Below are positions 14,005 to 27,655 of a stretch of 64,000 nucleotides of DNA, one piece after another; within the stretch, counting starts at the first letter, position 1; every line of letters starts with the position of its first letter. Origin of the DNA: Eledone cirrhosa (Eukaryota); contig OZ024745.1 of NCBI GenBank assembly GCA_964016885.1, positions 92,752,001-92,816,000 on the forward strand. The letters are read 5' to 3'. The notes under the pieces are model-generated. The model ran no database searches, had not been told where the DNA came from, and was given only the letters and a program-made list of their open reading frames with translations. Made by a program: the position numbers and the translations under genes.

Positions 14005-16221
14005 CATATTTGTGGTGGTACCAATATGCCACCTTCCTCCATATTTACAGAAATTTTGAAAAAAATGAGAGTTCCACGAGTTAAATTATTTCTTTCCATC
14101 ATGTCTAGCAGTTATTACATTATTTAGTTGATGTGTTCACAAAATAAAGGTGTTTTAATTTGGAAGAGAAGGATGTTTTATGGGAAATGCAATACACATA
14201 TGAGAGAGAGAGAAAGAGAGAGAGAAAATGTTCATAGTTAGAAAATTGGGAAGAGCATCAACCAATAAAGTATTCAATACAGATTTGATGGCTATATATA
14301 TATATTTTTTTTTATCAAGGCTCTATAAAAAAAACTCTAGTTCGGTATTGAGTACACTTTTCTCTCAGCCATCAACCACAGACATACAAAAGAGAGATCA
14401 GTTATTTGACTCTTCTGTGACCCTATTTCTAAAACAATATATTCTATTTTAACCAATTAATGAATGATTTGGAGGAATCTATAAAAAATATTATTTCATT
14501 AAGATGGTATTTGTAATATAATTTAACTAAAGAGACATCAAATTATGTTGTAATACATCAATTTAAATAGTAATCTTTCAAAATGGATGGTTTTTCTTTC
14601 ATGCAAATAGAGGCAGTTTTTTTGCAAGTTGGTATAAAAAGGGTTAAATCTTATCACACTCCACAATAAATATAGGAAGGTTATGACTAGAAATTTTGAT
14701 TAATTAACATTCTCTTCGTTGATCACCTACAAGCTATATATCAATTCAGAGCTCACTAGGGTTCACATTAAAGTCTTAATGACAATGAAACTAGGTTAAT
14801 TTCTTTTTTATACCAACCCACCAGGGGTGGTGGAAGCATTTCTGAATTAGGTGGGGTCAAAGATTTTCATTAGAAATGTGGTAAAACAAAAGGGTTAAGG
14901 TCTTCCTGATCAACTTCTGTGATTGAAACAGACTTTGTTTATAGGGGCAGTGATTCCTAACCATTTCTGCACTATGTCCCACCTCAACATCTCAAAATGT
15001 AGAGAGACAAAACTAAACTTTTCTTTTTAATTATATATTTATTTTTGCCATTTTACTACCCTTGAATTTAAGAAATATTTGTTTATGAGAAAGAAAAAGA
15101 AAGAAAAAAAGAAAGAAAGAAAACCCCAAAAAACTAAAGGTCTAAGGAGGAAGATGTTCTCAACATATGAAAGCAGAATCAAAATTTCAAAAAGTATATA
15201 AATATTTTTTTAAAATAATCTTTCCCTTCATCCTCTGTTGAGAATTCATGACTAAAAAATAGGAAAATTTCAAACATTCATATATTTTATTTCAAAATTT
15301 ACTACAGCTTACATTTTTTCCCCTGAAAGTTAATATGGCCTTTGCTGTTTTCTAAACTACTCAGGCCTAACATAATGGAGAGTGATAGTAAAATAAAAAC
15401 ACACATGCATACTCACACAAACCACATTTTGGATCATAGAATTAGGCCTTATTAAATGTGTTAGGCTAGCAGCAGGTCATCTTATCTTTCAACAATAACT
15501 GGAGAACTAAATGTTAAAGCATGACCCTATTCTGTAGAACTGTATTAAAAACAACATAATATATTATAAAATAAACTGAAGCAAACAATTTGAAAAGTGT
15601 GTCACTGACAATGAAGCTTTGAATGTTGAATGTGGTTTGTATTTCAGTTAACTGAGAAAGAATTTCTGAAACCTAAATATAACTTTCACAAATTATCCAG
15701 ACAGCTAGAATTGGTTTTGCAATAAGAAAACTACATTAACAAGCATTTTTGTTCAGTTTTCAAAATTCGGGGAGGTGGGAGGGCTGTTATAATATCTATC
15801 ATGTAACTATGTCTAAGATGTTTATTACTGCTTATAAACAGAACAGAATTGCAAATACACATATATATCTTCATCATCACCACCATTTAACATCCATTTT
15901 CCACACAAGTTTTGCTCTTACAGAACTGACTTTGGCTTGGTTTCTATGGCTGGATGCTCTTCCATATTTACAGTGTGGGCGGAGGCTTTTTATCGTGACA
16001 CCTACATGACCATTTTACAGAGTGGGCTGGGTGCATTTTATTGTGACATCTACACGACCACATTACAGTGTGTGTGCCGGGCACTTTTTAGCGTGACACT
16101 TACATGACTACCTTACTGGGTGGACTGGGTGCTTTTTGTCATGACACCTACATGACCACTTTACAGTGTGGGCTGAGCACTTTTTGTCTTGTCAACAATA
16201 TATATATGTATATGTGTGTGT

Positions 16222-16270
<49 letters not shown>

Positions 16271-16500
16271 TTCAGAGGAAATACTATGGAGTTGCATAAG
16301 TGCTATTTATGAGTCCATATATTGATATATGTTCTACCTTCTGAAATGATTGTAAAACAATTAACTGCTACACCTTGTCTTATATGAGAGACACACGGCC
16401 ACCCGACTCAACTTGCTTCTAATTGGGACAAACCCGTCTAACCCATGCTAGCGTGGAAGATGGACATTAATTGACAATGATGAGAGAGAGAGAGAGAGAG

Positions 16501-16668
16501 CCAAGCTATGATACGGCCAAGCTATGATACAGCCAGGCTATGATAAGACCTAGCTATGATACAGCCAGGCTATGATACGGCCAGGCTATGATACGGCCAG
16601 GCTATGATACGGCCAGGCTATGATACAGCCAAGCTACGATATAACCAAGCTATAAGACCAAGCTAAGA
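16501..16668. repeat. 16-bp minisatellite (CCAGGCTATGATACGG), about 10 units
   Basis: Direct inspection. Confidence 0.9.
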
Positions 16669-16799
16669 TTTGATATCAAAATAACTCATCAACAAGTTGG
16701 GTTGAGTAGCAAAATTTATTGCTTATATTAATATTTTTCATTGTGGTACATTTTACAAAGCAATAACAAGACGTTCCATGTGGCACCAAGCTTCCAAGA

Positions 16800-17163
16800 A
16801 AGAGTTATGTATGTGCACGCATCACCCCATAGCCTCCCGCCTCACAGCAACCTGCCTCATGAGCTGGTACAGACATTTTCTCTGCCTGCCGCCAGATCAT
16901 CCTCCCAGGGATTTACTCTTGTTTAACGCAGCAGCTACAGGCTACAAGAGGCTCCACAGCAGGGCCCATACCAGATGGCTGGATGTCATCAAGGAAGATC
17001 TCCAGAGACTTGAAGTCATCTTGGAGGATGCAGAGAGGCTGGCTCAGGACCGACAGCGATGGAGGGCATTGGTGGACCTGGTTAGATCTATGCATGATGA
17101 TGCCTCTGGGATCACTGACCTAGGATGACCCCTGTCTCATCAAGTGAGAAGAAGAAGAAGAAG
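16800..17163 (+). mobile_element. Old LINE 3' fragment (RTE-like) with (GAA)n tail
   Basis: RAHTRWLDVIKEDLQRL..AERLAQDRQRWRALV resembles the RTE C-terminus; similar remnant with a GAA tail at about 55100-55447. Confidence 0.65.
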
Positions 17164-17639
17164 TAGAGTGTCAGAATTGGTAGAGCATCAAATATAATTT
17201 AATGTTCATCACTTAATATTCTCAATTCAAATACCATCAAAGTTAACTTTGCTCTTTGTTCTGCAAGAGTTGACAAGTTCCCAGTCAAGTACTGGGATCA
17301 ATATTATCAACTGTTTCCTCCCCAAAATGTCTGGTTTTCCATATAAGTTAAAAATCAATATTTTTTTGTTTTGCAAACCAGTCCAGCTGATGCCAACAAA
17401 AGGAAAATGAAAGCAGCATGGTATTAATGATGAATGGCAGTAATTAAAATTTCTGTGTCAACACAGCTTAATTATTTCACATTCCAAGTACCATGATATC
17501 CTGCTTAGATTGATAGTTTTTGAAAATTTCTAAATTAACTGTTGGAACAAGTATCTTTAAACAATTGAAATGGAAGTGAAAAATAACACCCATTTTCATG
17601 ATAGATTAAACTAAGTGTCTAGTGAAATATGGCTTATCC

Positions 17640-17857
17640 TTAACCCTTTAGCATTTAAACCGGCTGTATCCAGCCAGAATTCTCTCACCTCTTTCTGTTC
17701 AAACCGGCCGTAACCAGCCACTCATATTAAAATTAACATTTTGTTCTCAAAATAAATAATATCAAAATCTCGTAGATTCAATATTATGTGAGATAATTAT
17801 GTGAGATAAAGCCTTTACCATGAAAATACAATAGTAATGTAAATGATAAAGGGTTAA
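17640..17857. mobile_element. piggyBac-like MITE
   Basis: TTAA-CCCTTTAGCATTT...AAATGATAAAGGG-TTAA. Confidence 0.88.
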
Positions 17858-18496
17858 ACAAGTGAAATGGAAGTAAGAAATAACACCCATTTTCATGAGG
17901 AGAGATTAAACCAAGTATCTCGTAAGATATGGCTTAAAGCACAATCTGATACATGAAGTAAGGTTAGAATTTCTGGTCTATTTCAACTGAGAGAAAATAT
18001 CCAGCACTTTATTTAGTGAGTCTGTTTCTTTAGTTTAGATTTTCTCAGTCTGTATTAATCTATCTCATTCTATTTTACTTCATCCAAAGCACTATCATCT
18101 CTTGAAATCCTGCTTATTTTAGATCTACTTTTACAAATTCATTTAATACTCATTTTTAGTACAGGAATGAAAGAAAATAGATACACTAAAAACTAGGAGT
18201 GCAAACAGCTGCCTGCAGTTCTGTCAGGGTCATTAATTAATGAGATGAATGCAATCAGCACCAAGTAAAAACCTTCTTTGAACTATTAAAGTATTTCTGT
18301 CAACAACTGAAATCCTAGAGGAGGTGGGGCAGTGCAGACAACCCTCTCCCTACTCCTTATCTCATCTTGCAAAAAAAAAAAAGGGAAAGAAACAAACAAA
18401 GAAAAGAAAGACATAATAAAAATCAGACAAAACAGAAATTATGGGCTAAACCAAAGACAGCCTGGCTTTTGAATAGCATCGGTAATTGTTACTCAC

Positions 18497-18562
18497 CAAA
18501 GGGCTTGCGGTCTTCTAACATAGCTTCTCTTGGCTCATTCCACCCTTGATGATTCAGACTTT
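18497..18562 (-). CDS. Candidate internal coding exon of an unidentified host gene (66 nt, phase 1-1; xSLNHQGWNEPREAMLEDRKPFx)
   Basis: Acceptor tctttcattttcttgttgttttctatAG and donor TTG|GTGAGTAA; length divisible by 3; only one frame free of stops; unique sequence. Confidence 0.6.
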
Positions 18563-18564
18563 CT

Positions 18565-19110
18565 ATAGAAAACAACAAGAAAATGAAAGATAAAAATAGA
18601 AAAGGGGAAAGAGAGAGAGAGTGAAGAAAATGAAGGAAAAAGAAAGAGGAAAGAGAGAGTAAAGAAAATGAAAAATAAAGAGATAAGAGGAAAGAGAGTG
18701 AATGAAGAAAATGAAAGAAAAGAAAGTGGAAAGAGAGAGTGTGAAGAAAATGAAAGAAAAAGAGAGAAGAGGAAGAGAAGAGTGAAGAAAATTAAGGATA
18801 AAAAGAGGGGGGGAAAGAGAAACAGTGAAGAAAATGAAAAATAAAAAAAAAGGGGAAAGAGAGAGAACGAAGAAAATGAAAGATAAAAAAAGATAAAGAA
18901 ATGGTGAAAGAGTGAAGAAAAAAGAAAATAAGAGAAAAGGAAAGAGAAAATGAAGGATAAAAAGAGAAAGAGTGAAGAGAAAAGACAAAGAGGCAATGTT
19001 GGTGAAAGAGTGAAGAAAATGAAAGATAAAAAGAGAGAAGGAAATGTTAGTGAAAGAGTGAAGAAAAAAGAGAAGAGAAAATAAGAGAAAAGGAAAGGCA
19101 ATGTTAGTGT
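18565..19110. repeat. Purine-rich degenerate repeat (GAGTGAAGAAAATGAAAGA..)
   Basis: About 540 bp of almost pure A/G; reads as a polypyrimidine tract on the minus strand. Confidence 0.85.
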
Positions 19111-19827
19111 GTGACTGAAGCACACGATTTAATGATTGGTCAATATTTTACTGTCTGTTTAGGAGAATAGTTAGTATTAAGTGACATAACATTATGTTCT
19201 ATATAACAGTATTAAACGCAATATTACAGGATATAACACTTGTAATTAAATCAATACATATACACACACATACATACATATACACACACACACACAAGCA
19301 TACATGTGCGCACACATATGCACAAACATACACGCATGCACATATACATTTCCACACACCCGTATACCCACACACATACATGCATGCATGCACACACATA
19401 CACACATACATGCACACATACATACACATACATGCACACACACATACACACGTGCACACGCACATATACATATTTTGATGAGTTGTAGTGCACCTGAGCA
19501 CTGTACACAATTATTTCATTATTTCACTATTATACACGCATACACATGTGCACATACATACACACCCATGCACACACACACACACACACATACATGCACA
19601 CATACACATGCATACACACATGTACACATAAATACAACTACATGATTAATACAATAACAACAGCTGATGAGATAAATTGTAGATATGACAATCAGATACA
19701 ATCGTTTTTTTTAAACCAACTACTGTGATTATTCAATATTTGCCGCACAATAAACTTATGTATAATTATTTCATGAATATTACGTAGTACATCAGTAATT
19801 CCACAGATACATTACCTAAAAGTGCAT

Positions 19828-19890
<63 letters not shown>

Positions 19891-20004
19891 CAATTTTGGT
19901 AAGGCCCCTTATGTTTAAGTTGCTTGAGGTTTTATATATATCTCTAGGGAATAATATTTTATCAACCCATCAGTGATATGAGATATATATTTTGTGTGTG
20001 TGTG

Positions 20005-20167
20005 GGTACCCCGGGTTCAATCGGGGGTAACCACAGTAAGTAAGGTACTCAATACATAATAGAGTATAGATATTTAATATAGAGATGGTTTCTACAGGGC
20101 TAGAACTGTTTCATTCAAAGGAAATCATCAGGAAAGCCCTTTCCTGACGATTTCCTTCGAACGAAAC
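20005..20167 (-). mobile_element. Penelope-like pLTR-derived fold-back element
   Basis: Inverted repeat 20107-20167 plus unique tail 20005-20100 homologous to 34760-34845; microsatellite flanks. Confidence 0.7.
20089..20135 (-). ncRNA. Type I hammerhead ribozyme
   Basis: Minus strand: tttc-CTGATGA-tttcctttgaat-GAAACAG-ttctagcc-CTGT-A-gaaa; stem I tttc/gaaa, stem III ACAG/CTGT, GUA triplet. Confidence 0.75.
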
Positions 20168-20206
20168 ATTAAATATATATGTGAGAGAGAGAGAGAGAGA
20201 GGGAGA

Positions 20207-20274
<68 letters not shown>

Positions 20275-20662
20275 GTGGGCATACACATGACTGTAATTAA
20301 TAAGTATGTTTTGCAGCCACAAGCTCTTCAGTTCTAGCTCCCTGCATGGTACCTTAGCCACGAGTTACCATACAGACTTGGGCTCACCAATGTCTTGTGA
20401 GTGTAACTGGAAACTGTACAAATCCTGCTGTGTATGTGTTTGTCTGTCAGTGTCTCTTGTCACATCACTACTGCAAATGGTAATATTTGTTTACATTAAA
20501 TCTAAACAGAGATCCTGCAGCTCACCGGTTAGGTGTACAAAGATCTGTAACTTAGAAAAGCAAGGTCAGGATCTGGAATAGCATCCAAGCATGTCATGTC
20601 CAACCCTGCCACCATGGAAAAACAGATGTTAAATTGATAATGATGGTGATGATGATATACAT

Positions 20663-21335
20663 ATGTCTTCATCATCACCATCATCATTTAATGGCCATTT
20701 TCCACACTACCATGGGTTAGACGAGCTGTCCCGTTGTGAGATAAGCCAGGTCAGAGGACTGTGTTTTGCTCACACAGAACTGGTTCTGGCTTGGTTTCTA
20801 CAGCTGGATGCCCTTCCTAATGCCAACCACATTTACAGTGAGTACTGGGTGCTTTTTGTCATGATACCTAGAGGACCTCTTTACAGTATGGGCTGGAGAC
20901 TTTTTGTTGTGTCACCTACACAACCTCTTTACAGTGTGGACAGGGTGCTTTTTGTCATGACACCTACATGACAACTTTACTGTGTGGACTGGCCGCCTTT
21001 TGTCCTGATACCTGCACGACCACTTTATAGTGTAGGCTGGATGTTTTTGTCATGACACCTACACGACCACTATATAGTGCGAAGGGCGTTTTTTGTTATG
21101 ACACCTAAATTATCATTTTATAGTGTAGACTCGGTGGGGTGTTTTTTTTTTGTCATGATGCCTACATGACCACTTTACAGTGTAGAACTGGGCGCTTTTT
21201 GTCGTGACACCTATATGACCAGTTTACAGTGTGGACTGGGTGGATTTTTTCATGACACCTACATGACCACTTTATAGTGTGGTCTGGGTTTTTTTCTGTC
21301 ATGACACCTACACAACCACTTTACAGTGTAGACTT
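20663..21335 (-). repeat. RTE-tail-type element with internal 48-bp tandem array (~10 diverged units)
   Basis: ggatgcccttcctaatgccaacc followed by units of gggtgctttttgtcatgacacctacatgaccactttacagtgtggact. Confidence 0.8.
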
Positions 21336-22619
21336 GATTATTCAGTAAGTTATACATATTATAACAAAATGACTAAAACATTATAAGCCCAACAAAGTAT
21401 TACATTACTGTATGTAATTACTCAAAACATTACATAACAGATAGAACTCATTAGAAACAATAACACTTCACTGTTATGGCTAAGTGAAACACAATATTCA
21501 CTAAATTTATTACTATTATTATTATTGTTGTTGTTCCCCCACTCTGTGCACATGGTTTAGAATTGAAGTCAATTAAATTATAAATTCCACATTCAGAAAG
21601 TTGGTCAAAATTAGGTTTGTTATTTGTTCATCAATTTACATAAGATATTTACAGAATGACCTAATTTTTTTATTTATTACCATAATTACATTACAAAGAT
21701 TTGCAACATATGTTTGGGAGGGGGAGAGGACAAACTTTTCAGTTTTCACAATCCAAGTCATTTGTAAATATTTAGACTATGTTAATGGACGAGGGTTTGA
21801 GAGTAAGACCATCTGAAATACAAATGAAGTCCTCAATAATGAAAAAATTATAACAGAAGGTTGATAGTTGATAGCATTAGTTAGGCCATGCAATAAATGA
21901 AGTCTGTCTGAAGCCCAGAGACTCAGCAGGCCAGAGATTATCTCAGTTCCTTTGGTACAAGACTTCCCACTAGAAGTAATGCCACTCTGTCACAGAGTTA
22001 ACTCCCAGCTACAACTTGTGTGCATTTTCATTTCTTTTCAACTGAGTGTACATAATCAACATGAAATGAAGTGTCTTGTTCAAGGATACAATGTGCTACC
22101 CTAAAAAGAGGACAACTTAAATACTATACTGGAAAGGAAATTAGGGAGGTCATTAAGCACTCCTAGATGATAGATGTTTGATAAAGAACACATCAGAAAT
22201 CTATTGACAGTTGAGGGATCATCACCCAAAAGATGTCCCCATGAAGAAAGATTTCAAAAACAACTTTCAATGGAAACCTAATAATCAAGTCTCTTTCAAT
22301 AACATAAAAAGATAACCACTGCTCATATAATGGAACCAGTCTTGTACTTAACCCTTTCATGACCACATTTCTAATGAAATACACTGTTTCAATTAATCGA
22401 TGAAGAATATTGAGGGATTTACTAAAATTATTAATTATTTCATTACTAAGATAGTAACTAAATATAAAGCTTTTATGTAAAATTATGTTGGAAGATTTTA
22501 ATATAAATTAGAAACCTTTAAAATGGGTGGTTTTATTTCATAGAAACACAATCAGTTTTGGCTGTATTGGTAACAAAGGGGTTAAACCTCTCTGACATGC
22601 AATTAAAACACTCACAATC

Positions 22620-22925
22620 TCTGATGACTTTACAATAACACGGCAAAAACTGCAAAAATCTGCTGATTCTACAATCCACAAGCAATACATAGCCCCAATG
22701 GAATATAGCTCCCACATCTAGAACAATGACTGTTGGAACACACACAATCATCCTTGACTAAATCTCAAAGGACATCCATTTGATTGACAAAGATTAATGT
22801 CAACCTTTTTGGAATTACCTTCTCATCCATATTGACTTACTGAACATCGACTGCACTAATCTTCCCAGTCTGGAAGTGTCTGTGAAAGTGATGGTCACTA
22901 ACTGTTCCTCCTCATTAAATCATGT
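22620..22925 (+). mobile_element. Very old CR1/Jockey-type LINE 3' remnant
   Basis: PMEYSSHI-like motif (ccaatggaatatagctcccacatc); otherwise decayed. Confidence 0.4.
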
Positions 22926-23833
22926 ATAAAATTGAAACTATAACTAGCAAATGACATCAAGTGGGTAAACTGAAACAAGTAGAATTAGCTGCCTTGCTTT
23001 GTATTGCAACCAAATATCTGCTCTGGTAAAACATGAGTCATTACCCATGTCTTTTACTCGAGGTACTTTGACTAGGCTTTGGTAAAAGTAAAAGTTAGCA
23101 TTAAAGTAGAAATTTTAAGTGTTGTCCTGTTTTACAGCAAAAGTCAAATACTAAAAAGCTCTTTTGTGTTTGTGAAGAATGAACAGTTGAATAAATGAGG
23201 AACTACTACCTAAAAATGTTCCTATTATTCCTTTCCTAAACAACAAAAAGGCTGCTCTCTTCATATAAAATGCAGACTATATGAGGCATAAATGGGAAGC
23301 ATAATGTTTGTTCTATGGAGGGGAGAGGGGAGGAATCGGCAGTGAATAAAAGCAGAGCTACTGTGATTGGAGAAGAATGAGGTCCATTAAATTGTGCAAT
23401 GCTAACTAATGATAAAAACTGAACATGAGTGAGTTTGCTGGTGTGTGCAAAAAGAGACAACTGTGCAATTATGGATATGTAATGCATGTGGAAAATACAC
23501 GCTGGAGAAAGGAATTCAACCAGAAAATATTAACTAGGAAAAATAATCATGTAGTATCTGAAGTAAAGTATTGTGACTGCAACTATTCTATTATTGTGAT
23601 TCGTTTAACTAATTTGGAAAGAACTATTTAAATAATTGTTTCTACTTTAGGCACAAGGCCAGCAATTACCCAGTGTATTACTGGTACTTTATTTTATCGA
23701 CCCTGTAAGGATGAAAGGCAAAGTTAAATAAGAACTATTTAAATAATAAATATTATATATATATTATTATAAAGTTTCCAGTTCGGCCTTCTGCTGTCAT
23801 TTTTAATGTACACACACACACACACACATATAT

Positions 23834-24055
23834 CGACAGTCGATCGACTTTCGTCAAATCGGACCGAAGAAACAATGCTTCCGTTGGTCTTTCCAATTGC
23901 TAATACTCTCTATCGGTCGCAACTCCAGGTAGAAGGAGCAACGTGAAATAAAGTGTCTTGCTCAAGGACATAAAACATCACCCAGTCCAGGAATCAAACT
24001 CACAACCTCACGATTGCGAGTCCAATTCTCTTACCACTCAGCCACGCGCCTTTAC
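23834..24055 (-). mobile_element. SINE (CORE-like family variant) inserted in a microsatellite
   Basis: Homologous to 12155-12355; shares gagcaacgtgaaataaagtgtcttgctcaagga and ggaatcaaactcacaacctc. Confidence 0.75.
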
Positions 24056-24984
24056 TTCTATACACACATATATATATATATATATATATGTGTGTGTATA
24101 TCATCATCATTTTTCGTCCTCTTTTCCTTGCTTAAAAACGACAACAGAAAGCCGAACTGGAAACTTTATAATTTTAAAGTGAAAACACTATACATAAGTC
24201 CATCATCGAAATATGATGCAAGACCCAGGCAATTTCATCAGGTGTTGCTTGTAGAATTAGTTATATAAAAGAAGAGGATTTTGGCAAACACAAGCAGAGA
24301 ATAGAAAATAGGGGACCGATCCAATTTGGGGATGGCCTACCGATTCTGTTATTGTAATGGCTAGTCATGTATATAAAACGAACCACACGCACACAACCAA
24401 CCAACCACACACACACACAAACCAACCACACACACACACACAACCAACCACATACACAAGTATTTATATAAATTTGTGCTAACTAATTAACTATAACAAA
24501 CAAGATCATTTACAAAACACAAGTTTTAATTACAACATGCAAGAATCTGGAGCTCATATTCTAAAAACCATGACCCCCCCTCCCCCCACCCACCCACACA
24601 CACACACACACGTACGTACGTACGCTTGCTAAATATTTCTCTAATCAAACTTAATTTAGAACATACTAGAAATCAACATTAAAATTATACTAAACACAGT
24701 TAAGATGAGAGAAGATAAGTAGAAACTATATAAATGTATAAAATAATTGTTTCTACTTTAGGCACAAGACCAGAAATTTGAAGGGGAGGGGAAAATCGAT
24801 TAAATCAAACCCAGTGTATTACTGGTACTTTATTTTATCGACCCTGTAAGGATGAAAGGCAAAGCTAACCTCGGCGGGATTTGGACTCAGAACATAAAGG
24901 CCTGTAACTATGCTGCAAAGCATGTTGTCCGACGCTCAACCAATACTACCTAACTTTCACCACCAGAAACCACAACCGGCTTCT

Positions 24985-25200
24985 TTAACCCTTTAGCATT
25001 TAAAGTGGCCGTATCCGGCCAGAATTTTCTCACCTCTTTCTGTTCAAACTGGCCATAACCGGCCACTCATACCGACATTAAGGTATTGTTCTCAAAATAA
25101 ATAATATCAAAATCTCATAGATTCGATATTATGTGAGGTAAAGCCTTCACTCTATATTTACTATTGTATTTTCGTAGTAATGAAAATGCTAAAGGGTTAA
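24985..25200. mobile_element. piggyBac-like MITE inserted in one arm of a palindrome
   Basis: TTAA-CCCTTTAGCATTT...AAATGCTAAAGGG-TTAA. Confidence 0.9.
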
Positions 25201-25496
25201 ATACAGAATTTATTTCATTATGTTATATAAATATATAAAATAATGAAATAAATTCTGTATTTAAAGAAGCTGGTTGTGGTTTCTGGTGGTGAAAGTTGAA
25301 TCACAAATGGTCATAAATAAAATATATATTAAAATAAGGAGTGAAAAATACAATGTTTTGGACACTTGAGGAGAGAGGAAAAAATTGCTGAGTTGACTTT
25401 TCCCTACCCCAAAACTGCTGGTCTAGTACCTATGTTGGTAATTATCATTATTATTAAGGCCTGTAACTCTCTGCTGCGAAGAGGTTGTCCAACGCT

Positions 25497-25940
25497 TTAG
25501 TATTGGTAGAGTGTCAGACACCCTGCTTCGTGGCAGAGAGTTATGTTGAGCTCAAATCCCGCTGAGGATAAACTTTGCTTTTCATCCTTATGAGGTCGAT
25601 AAAATAAAGCACCAGTCACGCAATGGGGTCGATTTAATCGACTTTCCCCTCCCCAAAATTGATGGATTGTGCCAAAAGTAGAAATAATAATAATAATTAT
25701 TATTATTACACAAAAGCGGTGTACTAGCAGAATCAGTAGAGCGTTGGACAACATGCTTTGTGACATATAGTTACGTCCCTTTACATTCTGAATTCAAATC
25801 ACGCTGAGGTTAACTTTGCCTTTCATCCTTATGAGATTGATAAAATAAATTACCAGTAACATACTGAGGGCAATTTAATCGACTTTCCCCTCCCCCAAAA
25901 AAATTGTTGGCCTTGTGTCTGAATCAGAAACCATCATTAT
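25497..25940 (+). mobile_element. Two tandem SINE copies (plus strand)
   Basis: ttcaaatc B-box, tttgcctttcatccttat core and (ATT)n tails. Confidence 0.8.
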
Positions 25941-26262
25941 TACACACTACTTAGAACCATCCTTGTACATCGTCCTTAAACATCCTGGAGTCAACTTCCC
26001 TTATCATACAAAGATAAGACATTTCATTTGAAAACTTACCCTGTATGTCCAACAATTCACTCGCTCTCCCACATGTGCAGACACCTACACTTATAAATTA
26101 CACCAACATAAATAAACTTAAAATACAGACACCAGACAGTGAATGAAGCATACATAAACATGCAGTAAAGCACATTTATGTAGACCGAGACATACACATA
26201 CAAATATGTAAAAAAATACAAGCAAACATACACAACACTGAATATGTATGGATGTGTGTGTG

Positions 26263-26313
<51 letters not shown>

Positions 26314-26513
26314 GTGTGTACACATACTGTTATATCTATAGATTGTAGTGCACCTGAGCACTTTACACAATAATTTCATTATTATTCTAAACATTTGCTT
26401 ATTTTATATTTTTATTGTTGTAAATATATACACACACACACATATATATACACACACACACATATATATACACACACACATATATATATATATATACACA
26501 CACATATATATAT

Positions 26514-26562
<49 letters not shown>

Positions 26563-27029
26563 TATATACACACACATATCTACACACACACACATATATA
26601 CACACACACATATATACACACACACACATATATATATACATACACACACAACATATATATATACACATACATATATTTTTATACATATATATACACATAC
26701 AAGTGCAGTTAACAAAGTGTGGGAATTATACATGCTTGCCATTTCCATCTACAGAAGCCTTTTTAGTCTGCCAGTTGTAAAGTGCTGGTGAACCACAACA
26801 GGAGATATCTGGGGAATTGAACCTACTCCTTATATAGGATTAGCTACTCTGTTCTCTAGTACATATGCACACAATTTATTTCAATAAATAAATTACTATT
26901 ATAGATTGACTTCACCATTGCCGTTTTACGTTCATTTTTCCATGCTAGCATGGGTTAGACGAGTTGTCCTGTTATGGGCAATGCTAGGTTTTCTACAGCC
27001 GGATGTCCTTCCTAATGCCAACCTCATTT

Positions 27030-27655
27030 ACAGGGTGGGCTGGGTGCTTTTTGTCATGGCACCTACATGACCACATTACTGTGTGGACTGGGTGCTTTTT
27101 GTCATGGCACCTACATGACCACATTACTGTGTGGACTGGGTGCTTTTTGTCATGGCACCTACATGACCACATTACTGTGTAGACTGGGTGCTTTTTGTTG
27201 TGGCACCTACATGACCACATTACTGTGTAGACTGGGTGCTTTTTGTCACCTACATGACCACATTTCTGTGTGGGCTGGGTGCTTTTTGTCATGGCATCTA
27301 CATGACCACATTACTGTGTAGACTGGGTGCTTTTTGTCATGGCACCTACATGACCACATTACTGTGTAGACTGGGTGCTTTTTGTCGTGGTACCTACATG
27401 ACCACATTACTGTGTAGACTGGGTGCTTTTTGTCGTGGCACCTACATGACCACATTACTGTGTAGACTGGGTGCTTTTTGTCGTGGCACCTACATGACCA
27501 CATTACTGTGTAGACTGGGTGCTTTTTGTCGTGGCACCTACATGACCACATTACTGTGTAGACTGGGTGCTTTTTGTCATGGCATCTACATGACCACATT
27601 ACTGTGTAGACTGGGTGCTTTTTGTCGTGGCCCTACACAACCACTTTACAGTGGG
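27030..27655. repeat. Homogeneous 48-bp minisatellite (~13 units) inside an RTE-tail-type element
   Basis: Unit gggtgctttttgtcgtggcacctacatgaccacattactgtgtagact; 16-aa periodicity in the ORF track. Confidence 0.92.

Noticed and set aside
18535-19125. Hydrophobic Phe/Leu/Ser-rich ORFs resembling membrane proteins
   Set aside because: Translation of the polypyrimidine tract
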